A DNA stretch of 64,000 bases from assembly GCA_017432885.1 (NCBI GenBank), contig JAFRIE010000013.1, positions 17,956 through 81,955 on the forward strand, written 5' to 3'. Below the pieces are notes generated by a model that ran no database searches, was not told where the DNA came from, and saw nothing but the letters and a program-made list of their open reading frames with translations. The DNA is from Erysipelotrichaceae bacterium. Lineage in GTDB: Bacteria; Bacillota_I; Bacilli_A; Erysipelotrichales; Erysipelotrichaceae. Position numbers and translations under genes: made by a program. The stretch's first letter is position 1. Every line of letters starts with the position of its first letter. Of the stretch, positions 41,786 through 52,277 are shown in pieces.

Positions 41786-42600
41786 TGTGCTCCTCCTTCC
41801 AGGATCTGATGGATCTTCAGGAATGTTTCCAGACTCAGCTGCTGCGCTCTGATACCTTGTTCCAGATCCAGTTCCGTAAACACTTTCTGTATCAGATCCG
41901 ACTCATACAGATCTTTTAGATTGTTGTGCAAAGTTTTTCTACGCATCCGGAAACAGTTTTTTACCAGTGTGAAGAAACTCTTCTCGAATTCTCTGTTTCT
42001 TTCCCTTATTGGTGTAAAAGAGATGACGGCACTGTCGACCTGCGGTTTCGGATAGAAAACTTCCTTCGACACATTCATTTCCACTTTTACATCAAACAGA
42101 TACTGTACCTCGATACTTAAGGCACTGTAATCTTCACTTCCTATTTGAGCATTCAGACGGTCGGATACCTCTTTCTGTACCATGACCGTGATCTTTCGAA
42201 GATCCAGTCCGGATTCAAAGATCCGGAAAAGGATCGGTGTTGTTACGTAGTAAGGAAGATTCCCGCAGATGTTAAGCTTTTCCTTGTATTTTGAAAGATC
42301 GGCATCCAGAAAATCCTGCAGATAGACCTGCAGACGTTCGTCCTGGATCCCTTCATTCAGAAGACGATACATATCTCTGTCGATCTCATAAGCATCCACG
42401 TCTTTCGAATACTTCAGAAGCATTTCCGTGAGGGCACCTAAACCGGGTCCGATCTCGATCGTTTTCAAATCAGAGCTGCAGGCATTCTTCGCGATCCTGT
42501 CTACGATATTGGCATCAATCAGAAAATTCTGACCGAATCTTTTCTTCGCCCGCAATTCTCCCAGTGTTCTCTTTACATATGAAATATTCGCAATGTTCAT
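41782..42600 (-). CDS. rsmA: 16S rRNA (adenine1518/1519-N6)-dimethyltransferase
   Basis: KRFGQNFLID, IEIGPGLGALT and GNLPYYVTTPI motifs. Start trimmed to MNIANISY. Confidence 0.9.
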   Translation of the reverse strand: MNIANISYVKRTLGELRAKKRFGQNFLIDANIVDRIAKNACSSDLKTIEIGPGLGALTEMLLKYSKDVDAYEIDRDMYRLLNEGIQDERLQVYLQDFLDADLSKYKEKLNICGNLPYYVTTPILFRIFESGLDLRKITVMVQKEVSDRLNAQIGSEDYSALSIEVQYLFDVKVEMNVSKEVFYPKPQVDSAVISFTPIRERNREFEKSFFTLVKNCFRMRRKTLHNNLKDLYESDLIQKVFTELDLEQGIRAQQLSLETFLKIHQILEGGAQ

Positions 42601-42770
42601 CTGTTGTTTCTTTTCACTTCTCACGTCATTTTCCCGTGTGATAATATCATATCATTGCGCAAGACAATACGCTACAGACAGCGAGAATGAGACGGATGCT
42701 TCTGTGTAATCTGCCGGAAACAAACGTCTCAAATCTTTTTTGTCTATATTTGATGGACTGCTTTAATGGC

Positions 42771-45700
42771 TCATGATTTCGGTTTTACGCTATTGGAAGC
42801 ATCCTTGATCGTAAGCTTAAGAGTCGCCGTTTTAAGACCTTTGATGGAACTATCGGCCAGTGATTCTTCATAGGTGCCGTAGTCTCCGATCCAGTCGATC
42901 TTGATCGTAATGGCCTGCGAGGAACCCGACTTAAAGTTGGCGGCATCCTTGAGGATTACGATGATCTGTTTCTCAATATCGTCATAGAAGAATTCAAATG
43001 CTTCGGAAGCGGAGAACCACACATCGGCAACTTCGCCATAAGACAGATCAATAAGATCGATCCTTCCCACTTCGGTGTCTCTTTGTGAAGTATCATAAAT
43101 GTTGATTACGGACGTAGATAGCTTGACCGGTGGTGCCTTTCTGATGACCTTGACGGAGATCGGAGCCATGATCGGTTCTACGGCAGCATCGGTCATGACT
43201 GCCACATTGAATTTCAAAGTCTGATCCACGATCCTGTCTGCAACAGCCTTTTCAGTCAATGTAAAGACGATCTTATCTTCCTCGTTGAGGAAGATATCTA
43301 CATACTCATCGTCTTCCAGTACACCTAAGATTGAACCCTGTATATCGTTAAGTTTAATCGTACCAATACAGCTGCTTTCGTTTAACGGATCAAGCTGATT
43401 GAGGTTTCCTTTTATGGAGATGGAAGCCTTCGCCTGAGCATCGATCAGCGAAACGGTAAGTGTCAAAGGACTGCCGTCTCTCTCGATGAAGCCGTCAGTA
43501 TAGACAGGAGTCAGGGTATACTTGTAAGAACCCTTCTTCAGACCCGATCTATCATTCGGCAGACGGAAGCTGATCATCCCCGTATCTGTATCATAGTCCT
43601 GTCCTTCAATCACATCATCATTCACGGCATCCCATCTGACATCAGAAACTGTCGCGCCTTCCGGCAGGTCGACGACTTTCAAAAGAACAGCAGCTGTCTC
43701 ATCGTAGTTCAGATTGAGTTTTACAGATGATGAAGAAAGGGATGCCTTCGGCAATGTATTGGCCACCTTGACGGTGAGCGAAACATTTTTAAGCCCCTTT
43801 TCTTCCCCATTTACCGTGATGTATGGCGTGATCGTATACTTGTAGGTTCCGGTTTTGGCCTCATCGCTTCTGCTGATTAGAATGTATTTGCCGTCCTTTG
43901 AGCAGCTAAGCCCTTTCGCTTCGTAGTCCCCTTTGACCGTCAAATCGGAGATGTCATATCTTTGATCAAGACAATTCAAAGAAACTTCCGTATAGTTGGA
44001 AAACATAGAATTGAGCGAAACTGCCGCTTGCGATAATGCCGCATCCGGTAAAGTCTTGATCGTCTTGAAAGCGACTGTATACTTGTTATAGGCTCTTTCA
44101 TCGGAATAGCCTTCATAGTAGACCCTGACTTCACCCTTGAGGATTGGATTGCCCTTGCTGTCTGTGGTCAACGGATAAAGATAAGCGGATACTTCTTCCA
44201 TCCAGTTTCCTTCTGCGCTGTAGAATTCAATATCATATGGATGATCGCAAGTGACATCAAGGCCTAATGTGCTGGTGCCAAGTGCGGTATTGTATGTGCC
44301 TGTCGCCTTGAGAGTAGTCTTTGGAAGAGTAAGAACGGTGCTTACGGTATAGGCATAATCGTAGTTTCCCATATCGGTAACGACTCTGAGGATCTGCGCG
44401 TAGTTTGCGCCTTTGTTTTCTTTCTTCACCGCTTCGGACTGTCTGATGTTGAAATGGTTTTCACCCGGAACATAGGTGACAGTAAAGTCTTTCTCTTCAA
44501 GCGTCTTGGCGTTAAGCAGATGAATCTCCTGAATCGAAGAACCCGTGACTGCACTGATATTCACCTCTGTACCGTCATCGTAGTACTTGTTTACCGTAGC
44601 CTTGGCGGATTCAAGTCTCGGAGCGTAGTCCATGACACGGAATATGATCTCCTTCTTTACCGGATCAGCATCTTTCAGATTGGAAGTGACTGAAATCGTG
44701 ACCTTTGTCTGACCGGCCTTCTTGATCGTCGCCACGCCGTTCTTATCAACAGAAACGACCGATGCGTCAACAGGCGTATAGGCTACCGAGTAAGAACTCA
44801 TGTCTAAGCCGTCCCGGTCTTTTGCTGTAGTAGAGAAACGGATAGATCTCCCGATGGAATCAGAAACATCGAAATAAAGATTAAGCACACCGTTTTCGTC
44901 ATAAGTTCCGGTTCTTATGATGCTGCCGGCATCAACATACCGGAAACTGAGCTCTGCCGCCTGCCGCGCATGAATTTTGACGGTAAAACTAGCGGTTCTG
45001 CCGGCAGGATCACCAATCAGTTTTGCCGTGATCTTGACTGATCCCGGCTTATAGGCGGTAATCATTCCGTTTTCGTCAATCATTGCGATCGTTTCATTTG
45101 CGGAGCTGTATTCCAGGGCAGAAGCATCAATGTATTCATTACCGGCTTTTACCGTCAGGTATGCCGATTCAAGTACTTCCATTCCGGCGGAAGGATCATA
45201 GGAAACATCGTCGATAAAAGCGCTGAGACCGGCTGTTTTAGGATAGTCATAGACCGTGAAAACGGATACCGCTGTCTTGTCGATAATGCCTTCCTGCTGA
45301 TATAGTCTGGCCGTGATCGTCACTGTTCCGTGATTATGGAAAAGCACAAGTCCGTTCGTATCGACTTCGGCGATTCCGAGGTCTGAAGATTCATAGACCA
45401 GCGTATAGTAGTCTCCGGCGTTCTTTACACTCGCTTCGATCTGAACTCTTTCCCCCACCGTAACGTCTGCTTTGACCGGAGTAACCGTCAGACTTGCCGC
45501 TGAGGACGCTTTTATCGTCACCGGAATCGTATCGACATAGTCGCATCCATCGACCTGTGCCGAAAGCAGCACTGTCCCTGCCGCTTTGCCGCTAAGCCAT
45601 CCGCCCTGGCTGACTTCTGCCATTTCTTCATCATCAACCGACCAGAAGATCTCCCTGTCCGTGTTAACAACGAAGCGCGCGCTTCTGCCGGCGACGATCT

Positions 45701-48700
45701 CAGCCGTAGAGACGGTAATGTACGGCAGACTGATCGGGAAACTCGAACCGGGATCGTTGGCTGATCCTGACCCTTCAAATCCATAGGACTTCAACTTAAC
45801 CGTATAATCGCCCGACATACCCTCATACATCGAAGTTCTAGGAATCCTTACTTCGTTATTGATCTCATCATATAGAATGATCCGTTTCGTGACAGTATCC
45901 GCGTTCATTTCGTTAGCGAAAACATAATTGCCCTCAGCTGAAGAAAAGGAAATCATTCCACCCCTGCGGATCAGAACCCCGTTGACATCATATCTGTCCG
46001 GATCGGCCAGATTACGCAAATAGTCCTCGCTGTCCTCCGATACGGAATACACGACGATATCGCCGTTTTCTTCATCGAATCTCACATCGATTCCTTCAGG
46101 TACGTCCTCGCATCCTCCGGTGATGTCGATCGCAACAGGATATTCGTATACTTTATATCCTTTTGCCGTAAGCAATATGGTATAACTGCCATTCCTGATA
46201 TGTTCGGATTTTAACGAATCGGCACTAATGGTGATCGTGTCATTGTTGCAGGAATACACGATATGGGCGCTGTTTGGATAGACCCTGTTTTCCAGCTTTC
46301 TGTCTGTCAGGACTTCTCCGCCATCATCATAAGAGATCAGGCGGATATTTCCTCCCGTGGAAACGATCTGACTTGTGCTGCCGTATTCTGTCGCCTGTGC
46401 CACAGCATCCAGCCAAAGAGTGGCGGTGGAGCGAATGGTGATGTCGCCGTTTTCTTCAACGGTAATCTCTGGACCATCCGGAAGATTGCTGCTGCAAAGT
46501 TCCTGCAGAGTAACGCCCTCAAAGAATCTGTCATCATAAGCGGGAGCATGCAGTGTCACCGATGCACAATCGGTATCGTAGAAGTTCGCGTCGATCAACC
46601 GGTTCCTGCTGATGATGATCGTATTGTCCGATAAAACATATTGCTGATCCTCGACCAATGTGCCGTTTTGGTAATCAAGACGGTTGGTGAAAGCCTTGGA
46701 CGTATATCGGTCGCTGGATACCGCTATCTGTCCGCCCTGGACATATGCACTTCCATTGGTACTGCCATAGTTTCCTGTTGGAAGCATCAGGGCATTCAGA
46801 TAATCAGGATCATCTGCCGTGATCAACAGATCACCGTTATCGTTCTGACTGACGCTGATCTTCATTTCCGGAATGTATTCATCTAGGATCATAGGAAATT
46901 CGGTATCTTCATAACCGTAAGGCTGCAGAATCACTCTGTAGTTCCCGGCACTTATTCTCTTCTGCTTCAGCGATGTGGCTGAAAGCGTCACCTTGTCTGT
47001 ATCTACGACAATGGAATCGGCAGAAAACGCATAGCTGCTGCCATCGTCCAGATTCTCCAGCGTGATCATACTGTCCGGATGGGCAAAAGCGTTAACGTAA
47101 TCCGTATCATCTACGCTTATTTCCAAGTCTCTTTCACCATTCAGAACGACAGAAATTCCGGCAGGAATCTGCCTGATGCCACCCGTAACCGTGATTTCAT
47201 ACGGATAATCCATCTGCTTATAGCCGTAGGCAAAGAAGGCCAGATGGTAGTTTCCGTTCTTTATCCGGTTACGAATCAGGGAATCGGAACTGATCGTGAT
47301 CCTGCTGTTGCTGTAGCTGTAGCTTATGGCATGAAAATCGTTGTGAATATAGATGTCATAAGGATTGCTGTCATCTATGAATACGATCTCGCCGGGATAA
47401 ACGTTGTTGCCGTAATCCGATGCCCTGCATAAGGCATTCAGCCATGCGGTATTCAAAGAGGAGATCGTAATATCTCCGTTGTTCTGTTCATTTACCTGAA
47501 CGTCATCCGGAACCAGCGGATCACTTACCTGGTTTAAGGTAATCTCGCGGCTTATGCTTTCATATCCCGCAGGATACAAATTGATAATCGCAGATCCGGA
47601 ATAGACGTGTCTGTTCAGCATTTCCTGTCTCTTCAGGGTGATCTGCTTTTTATCGGTGGAAAGCGTATAAGTATAATCCCTGTTGATCTCAACGCCGTTT
47701 TCGTATTCTACGACATTGGAGTAACCTACATTCCTGCTTCCTTCCTGGATGATCTCTATTCTTCCGCCATATACCGCACTGCCGTCGGAATCAAATTCAT
47801 TGGCCTTGGCCAAAGCCTGCATGAAACCCGTATTATCAGAAGTGATGACCAGATCACCGATGGAACTCTGCCTTATCGTTACCTTGATGCCGGCAGTATA
47901 GTCTCCCAGAGTTACCGGGCCTTCATATGTGGCATAGCCGTAAACATGTAAATAAGCGGTATAGTCTCCCTCAGGAATCTTCCTCTCCTCCAGCTCGGCG
48001 GCAGGAATGGTCAGACTCTTTCCGCTCACTGTATAGTCGTTATTATCAAATTCATATGAGGATCCGCTTGTGTTATTGATGAAAACGACTCTGCTTTCGG
48101 CATGGGTAAATGCAGAGATGTACGCTGCGGTTTTGGATGAAATCACGATGTCGTAGTTATCCTGAGGCAAAATATCGATATCGTAAGGGTGTTCGATACA
48201 GACTCCCGATATACTGATCGGTGTGTTATATTCCTTCATTTGGGAACCAAAAGCAGTCGTCATGAATTTAAAGGTATATGATCCGTCAATTATGCCGTGT
48301 GCTCTCATAAAAGCGGCAGGAACGATCACCTTGCCGTCTTCGTAATAGTAAACCGGACCTTCACCGGTATTCGAACATCTGAACCAGTATCCGGTAGAAT
48401 TAACAAAAGCGATGACTCCTTTCTGTTGATCATCCGGATAATCTTCCGGTTCACATATCGCCATCAGCCATTCCGTGTCATTGCATGTGATGATTAAATC
48501 ACCGGAGAGATTTAAGAAAACATTCAGTTCATCTTCTTCACTGCCTGTGATTGACGCTTCGTCCTGTCCTTTGTTTTCTGTTAACGTCTCGCTTTCCTCG
48601 TGAATCTCAGTAGAATCCTGATCATTAGATTCTCCCTGGTCATTCGGCTCCTGTTCCAGGAACGTCTTATCCGTTGTATCATTACCTGAATCTTCTGAAG

Positions 48701-48830
48701 ATTCTGAAAGCACTTCTGTCTCACTGGTTGTTATATTTCCGTCTTCTTCTGCATAAATCCGATAATTGGATGTCATTACCGCAGTAATCAGCAGCAGAAC
48801 CGACAAAAAAACGTTCCATAAACGTTTCAT
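42771..48830 (-). CDS. 2019-aa secreted multi-repeat surface/extracellular protein (eight about 110-aa N-terminal modules, Big_2-like Ig domains, further Ig-like repeats)
   Basis: Signal peptide MKRLWNVFLSVLLLITAVMTSNYRIYA. An acidic linker, then repeated GD(I/L)xIxS...(W/Y)LxA modules. Big_2-type segments (for example GTVLLSAQV, GTVTITARL, GSVKITAKL, GQTKVTISV). No LPXTG and no C-terminal TM helix. Confidence 0.8.
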   Translation of the reverse strand: MKRLWNVFLSVLLLITAVMTSNYRIYAEEDGNITTSETEVLSESSEDSGNDTTDKTFLEQEPNDQGESNDQDSTEIHEESETLTENKGQDEASITGSEEDELNVFLNLSGDLIITCNDTEWLMAICEPEDYPDDQQKGVIAFVNSTGYWFRCSNTGEGPVYYYEDGKVIVPAAFMRAHGIIDGSYTFKFMTTAFGSQMKEYNTPISISGVCIEHPYDIDILPQDNYDIVISSKTAAYISAFTHAESRVVFINNTSGSSYEFDNNDYTVSGKSLTIPAAELEERKIPEGDYTAYLHVYGYATYEGPVTLGDYTAGIKVTIRQSSIGDLVITSDNTGFMQALAKANEFDSDGSAVYGGRIEIIQEGSRNVGYSNVVEYENGVEINRDYTYTLSTDKKQITLKRQEMLNRHVYSGSAIINLYPAGYESISREITLNQVSDPLVPDDVQVNEQNNGDITISSLNTAWLNALCRASDYGNNVYPGEIVFIDDSNPYDIYIHNDFHAISYSYSNSRITISSDSLIRNRIKNGNYHLAFFAYGYKQMDYPYEITVTGGIRQIPAGISVVLNGERDLEISVDDTDYVNAFAHPDSMITLENLDDGSSYAFSADSIVVDTDKVTLSATSLKQKRISAGNYRVILQPYGYEDTEFPMILDEYIPEMKISVSQNDNGDLLITADDPDYLNALMLPTGNYGSTNGSAYVQGGQIAVSSDRYTSKAFTNRLDYQNGTLVEDQQYVLSDNTIIISRNRLIDANFYDTDCASVTLHAPAYDDRFFEGVTLQELCSSNLPDGPEITVEENGDITIRSTATLWLDAVAQATEYGSTSQIVSTGGNIRLISYDDGGEVLTDRKLENRVYPNSAHIVYSCNNDTITISADSLKSEHIRNGSYTILLTAKGYKVYEYPVAIDITGGCEDVPEGIDVRFDEENGDIVVYSVSEDSEDYLRNLADPDRYDVNGVLIRRGGMISFSSAEGNYVFANEMNADTVTKRIILYDEINNEVRIPRTSMYEGMSGDYTVKLKSYGFEGSGSANDPGSSFPISLPYITVSTAEIVAGRSARFVVNTDREIFWSVDDEEMAEVSQGGWLSGKAAGTVLLSAQVDGCDYVDTIPVTIKASSAASLTVTPVKADVTVGERVQIEASVKNAGDYYTLVYESSDLGIAEVDTNGLVLFHNHGTVTITARLYQQEGIIDKTAVSVFTVYDYPKTAGLSAFIDDVSYDPSAGMEVLESAYLTVKAGNEYIDASALEYSSANETIAMIDENGMITAYKPGSVKITAKLIGDPAGRTASFTVKIHARQAAELSFRYVDAGSIIRTGTYDENGVLNLYFDVSDSIGRSIRFSTTAKDRDGLDMSSYSVAYTPVDASVVSVDKNGVATIKKAGQTKVTISVTSNLKDADPVKKEIIFRVMDYAPRLESAKATVNKYYDDGTEVNISAVTGSSIQEIHLLNAKTLEEKDFTVTYVPGENHFNIRQSEAVKKENKGANYAQILRVVTDMGNYDYAYTVSTVLTLPKTTLKATGTYNTALGTSTLGLDVTCDHPYDIEFYSAEGNWMEEVSAYLYPLTTDSKGNPILKGEVRVYYEGYSDERAYNKYTVAFKTIKTLPDAALSQAAVSLNSMFSNYTEVSLNCLDQRYDISDLTVKGDYEAKGLSCSKDGKYILISRSDEAKTGTYKYTITPYITVNGEEKGLKNVSLTVKVANTLPKASLSSSSVKLNLNYDETAAVLLKVVDLPEGATVSDVRWDAVNDDVIEGQDYDTDTGMISFRLPNDRSGLKKGSYKYTLTPVYTDGFIERDGSPLTLTVSLIDAQAKASISIKGNLNQLDPLNESSCIGTIKLNDIQGSILGVLEDDEYVDIFLNEEDKIVFTLTEKAVADRIVDQTLKFNVAVMTDAAVEPIMAPISVKVIRKAPPVKLSTSVINIYDTSQRDTEVGRIDLIDLSYGEVADVWFSASEAFEFFYDDIEKQIIVILKDAANFKSGSSQAITIKIDWIGDYGTYEESLADSSIKGLKTATLKLTIKDASNSVKPKS

Positions 48831-48900
48831 ATAAGCACATGCCTCCCTTGTTTTCAATGTATTTCCTTGATGCTCCTTATACAGCATTATTCCGGTTTTA

Positions 48901-49440
48901 TTATATCAAAACATCCGTCTTTCTTAGAAACAGACGGATCTCTTGGGCAGTAATCCCCGCAAGATTCAGGCGTTTCAATAATGTCTTGCCGTTGCATCTT
49001 CCCAGATGAAAATGTGCAGATACAAGCTGTCTTAAAGCGGCAGAATCTTCTTTTCCGTTTAATCCCAGAGAATAGAATTCACGCTCACTGATCGACTCCT
49101 GAACGTCTGTATAGCTTAATAAGTGTTTCAGTGCTTCTTCCAGCACTTCTTTGGATGCATGTTCGATCCCGACTTTCTTCTTTGTCCTGGCATCTTCTTT
49201 CATGAGGAAGGCATTTTTCAGTCCGGGTATGGCCTCGTTCAGCTTCTTTCTGATCTTCTCTCCCGGTGTATCGGGATCCAGAAACAGAATGATTCCTCTC
49301 TGCGTGTTGATCTGACGGATCAGTTCCACCGTCTCCCTGTTCAAGGCCATTCCATGTGTTTCTATCGTTTCACAGTCAAAAAAAGACTGCAGTCTTCTGG
49401 TGTCGTTCTTTCCTTCTACTACGATTATTTCTTTAATCAT
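48901..49440 (-). CDS. rnmV: Ribonuclease M5
   Basis: Toprim N-terminus IKEIIVVEGKNDTRRL and LDPDTPGEKIRKKL. Confidence 0.85.
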   Translation of the reverse strand: MIKEIIVVEGKNDTRRLQSFFDCETIETHGMALNRETVELIRQINTQRGIILFLDPDTPGEKIRKKLNEAIPGLKNAFLMKEDARTKKKVGIEHASKEVLEEALKHLLSYTDVQESISEREFYSLGLNGKEDSAALRQLVSAHFHLGRCNGKTLLKRLNLAGITAQEIRLFLRKTDVLI

Positions 49441-50066
49441 ATACCGATAAAATCTTCTTCCAGCGTGAGCTTTCGATTATCGTGAATGTCTTCCACAATA
49501 CTGACCGTATATCCGGCTGCTTCTACCAGGGATGCTTCGTCGGTAAAACGGATCCCATCGCTTTTTCTGTAACACTCTCGGATCAGATCGGTTTTAAAGC
49601 CCTGCGGAGTCTCGGCCAGAAACACTGTCCTGCGGTCTATCGTCCTGATGATCTTGTCTCCATCGATGATCTTAATGGTGTCTGTCGCTTTCTTTCCCGG
49701 TATGGCCGCCCCTGTCTCATAAACTTTCTGCTTCAGCAGTTCCAGCGTTTCCGGATGCAGAAAAGGCCTGGCTGCATCGTGGATCAGCACATAATCTGCC
49801 GTAACTTCTTTCAGTCCGTTCCTGACGGAATCTGTTCTCTCTTCTCCGCCTTTTACGACAACGGTTTTATCGCTCCGGTTCACCGCAGGTATGCAGTCTT
49901 CTCCGGTAACGATGATGATTTTCCGACAATCTTTATCCATGTTGAAAAGAGAGGCGGCATGTTCCAAAACCGTCCTTCCGTCTTTCATCTGATAGAAGGC
50001 TTTATTATAGCCGAGATTGGCTCTGATGCCCTTGCCGGAGGCAACGATGATCACATCATAATTCAT
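49437..50066 (-). CDS. ispD: 2-C-methyl-D-erythritol 4-phosphate cytidylyltransferase
   Basis: VIIVASGKGIRANLGYNKAF and IHDAARPF motifs. Confidence 0.85.
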   Translation of the reverse strand: MNYDVIIVASGKGIRANLGYNKAFYQMKDGRTVLEHAASLFNMDKDCRKIIIVTGEDCIPAVNRSDKTVVVKGGEERTDSVRNGLKEVTADYVLIHDAARPFLHPETLELLKQKVYETGAAIPGKKATDTIKIIDGDKIIRTIDRRTVFLAETPQGFKTDLIRECYRKSDGIRFTDEASLVEAAGYTVSIVEDIHDNRKLTLEEDFIGI

Positions 50067-50081
50067 AGTTCTTTTCTTGCT

Positions 50082-50867
50082 TTATATGAAAGGTTCAGTA
50101 ATATAGTTAAGATTCAGTCCATCCAGTTCTTTATAAGCATCCCTGACTGATTCCAGATCCAGCAGGTCTTCCGGCGCATGCGCATCAATACCGCAGACCA
50201 CCCGGATCGGATACTGTGCCAGGATCTGCCAGAAATCCCGGTTCGGATAGTAGCACTTTCTTCCTTCGATCGGACGACGTTTTCCTTTCATGATCCCTCT
50301 GACATTCAGTTCCAGAGGCGTATCTGTTTCTGCACATTTCTTCCCTATCATATGGGCGATCTCAACACAGGCACCGGTAAATTCCGGCTGTCTGGACATG
50401 ATCACATCCGGATGACAGAGATAGGTAAACAGGCCTGTATCCAGAGCCTCGCAGACCGACTTGCCATACTGCAGGATCTCTTCTTCACTGTTTTGTTTGA
50501 AATAATCGGTTTGTGTACACAGAGGATCGGAGAAATGCTGACCCAGCAGGAGATACTCCACTTTCTTCTTTAACTCTTCTCTTTCTTCGTGACAGTAAGG
50601 ATAGTACTCCGTTTCCAGTCCTACATGGATCTCGATCTGATCCCGGTATTTTTCTTTTAACTGTTCAATACTGCCGATGTATTCCTCCAGCTGGTCCCAA
50701 TCCATGAAACACTTTCGGTTGGAATACTTTTTAAATGGCGCATGATCGGAAAAACCAAGTATCCGATATCCTGCCTTGATGGCACATTGCACATATTCTT
50801 CATCCGTACCGGATGCGTGACCGCATCGTACGGTATGGGTATGGTAATTAAATCTCATCTTCTCCAT
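50082..50867 (-). CDS. PHP-domain phosphatase, HisJ (histidinol-phosphatase) family
   Basis: YHTHTVRCGHASG N-terminal PHP motif, and later FSDHAP and HPD. Confidence 0.7.
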   Translation of the reverse strand: MEKMRFNYHTHTVRCGHASGTDEEYVQCAIKAGYRILGFSDHAPFKKYSNRKCFMDWDQLEEYIGSIEQLKEKYRDQIEIHVGLETEYYPYCHEEREELKKKVEYLLLGQHFSDPLCTQTDYFKQNSEEEILQYGKSVCEALDTGLFTYLCHPDVIMSRQPEFTGACVEIAHMIGKKCAETDTPLELNVRGIMKGKRRPIEGRKCYYPNRDFWQILAQYPIRVVCGIDAHAPEDLLDLESVRDAYKELDGLNLNYITEPFI

Positions 50868-50869
50868 AT

Positions 50870-51340
50870 TTACTCTTTTACAATATCCTTAACATCTGCC
50901 TTAAGATAAGCCAGAATATCCTTTGTCTTCAGTTTCAGGCCGATCCCCATCGCTCCGGCGGAGATCTCGATCGCTTCGTGGTTCAGCACTTCTTTATCAA
51001 AGATTATGCCTTTGTTTTTCTTCACGCCGACAGGCGATACGCTTCCTCTTTCATAACCCACCAGTTTCAGCAGATCTCTGACGTGGATCATCTCCAGATT
51101 CTTGACACCCAGAGCTTTCGCGCATTTCTTGAAGTCGATCTCGTCGGCTACCGATAGTACGGCGATATAGACGTCGTGTTCGTGTATCAGTCCAAGCGTC
51201 TTGTAGCAGCACTTATAATCCAGACCCAGCAGATCGGAAACCGCCTCTCCGGAAAAACGGTCTTTTTCAATGGAATATTCCAGGACTTCATAAGCGATCT
51301 TGTCCCTGTCGAGCATTCGCATGGCGTTCGTCTTGTTCAT
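50870..51340 (-). CDS. ybaK: Cys-tRNA(Pro)/Cys-tRNA(Cys) deacylase YbaK
   Basis: MNKTNAMRMLDRDKIAYEV N-terminus and SPVG...ISAG pattern; 156 aa. Confidence 0.8.
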   Translation of the reverse strand: MNKTNAMRMLDRDKIAYEVLEYSIEKDRFSGEAVSDLLGLDYKCCYKTLGLIHEHDVYIAVLSVADEIDFKKCAKALGVKNLEMIHVRDLLKLVGYERGSVSPVGVKKNKGIIFDKEVLNHEAIEISAGAMGIGLKLKTKDILAYLKADVKDIVKE

Positions 51341-52236
51341 TTAAGCACCTGCATGTACAGTTTCTGCAAGTCATTCGGCAACTCGCAGTCTATCGAAAGC
51401 GTATCTTCTTTCAAAGGATGGTACATCTCCACGTTCTGGGCAAAGAGTCCCATCCGGATGCACAGGTCAGAGCTTCTTCCGTACAGAGGATCATTCAGGA
51501 TCGGATAGGACATGGAAGAAAGGTGCAGACGGATCTGATGTGTTCTTCCCGTTTCTAGGGAACAGTACAGGACACTATAGTTCTTCGGCTTGCTGCAGCC
51601 AAGGGATCTCACCTTTGTCAGGGCATTCTGGCCGTTCTTGTAGATGACTTTCCTGTTGGCGTTGTGCCGGTCGTTACCGATCGGCTTGTCGATGATCATC
51701 GTCTTTCCCGCTTCCATGATCCCGTGCACAAAAGCCAGATAGTTCCTGCGGATCTGTTTCTCGGAAAGCAGTTTATCCAGAAGCGGCTGAAAGACCGGAG
51801 ACTTGGAATAGATCACCAGTCCGCTGGTTTCCTTGTCCAGACGGTGGATCGGCAGCGGAACGACGTCATTCCGATCGCTGTAATAGGATTCCACGATCCT
51901 GTTGAGTGTCATTTCTCCGTTCCCATCCGAATGCACAAGCAGATCCTTCGGCTTGTTTACGATCGCCATGATCTCGTCTTCATAGACGATATCCGGACTT
52001 AAGCCAGTCTTTTCAAAAGAAGACGTTTCCGGATAGATGCACAGGCTTAATCGCATGCCTGCGATGTCGTCTTCCCTTTTCACCGGATTGCCGTCCAAAA
52101 GAATGTGCTTGTTCTGAATCAAAAGGTGCTGTATCTTTCTGGAAGGAACGTAGCTGTCAAAAAACTCCTGTATCGTCTTTACGAACAGGGACTCCGTTTC
52201 GATGTGCAGCCATCTGTCTTCCAGTATATATCGCAT
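51337..52236 (-). CDS. RluA-family 23S rRNA pseudouridine synthase (RluD-like, with S4 domain)
   Basis: HRLDKETSGL catalytic Asp motif and GRTHQIRLH. Confidence 0.85.
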   Translation of the reverse strand: MRYILEDRWLHIETESLFVKTIQEFFDSYVPSRKIQHLLIQNKHILLDGNPVKREDDIAGMRLSLCIYPETSSFEKTGLSPDIVYEDEIMAIVNKPKDLLVHSDGNGEMTLNRIVESYYSDRNDVVPLPIHRLDKETSGLVIYSKSPVFQPLLDKLLSEKQIRRNYLAFVHGIMEAGKTMIIDKPIGNDRHNANRKVIYKNGQNALTKVRSLGCSKPKNYSVLYCSLETGRTHQIRLHLSSMSYPILNDPLYGRSSDLCIRMGLFAQNVEMYHPLKEDTLSIDCELPNDLQKLYMQVLK

Positions 52237-52277
52237 ACACCACCATTATAACAAAGTCTGCATGTTATAATGAGGGC

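Noticed and set aside
42771-42830. A sortase (LPXTG) anchor or a C-terminal TM helix on the giant protein.
   Set aside because: The C-terminus reads ...LKLTIKDASNSVKPKS, with no LPXTG, no hydrophobic tail and no positively charged stop-transfer.
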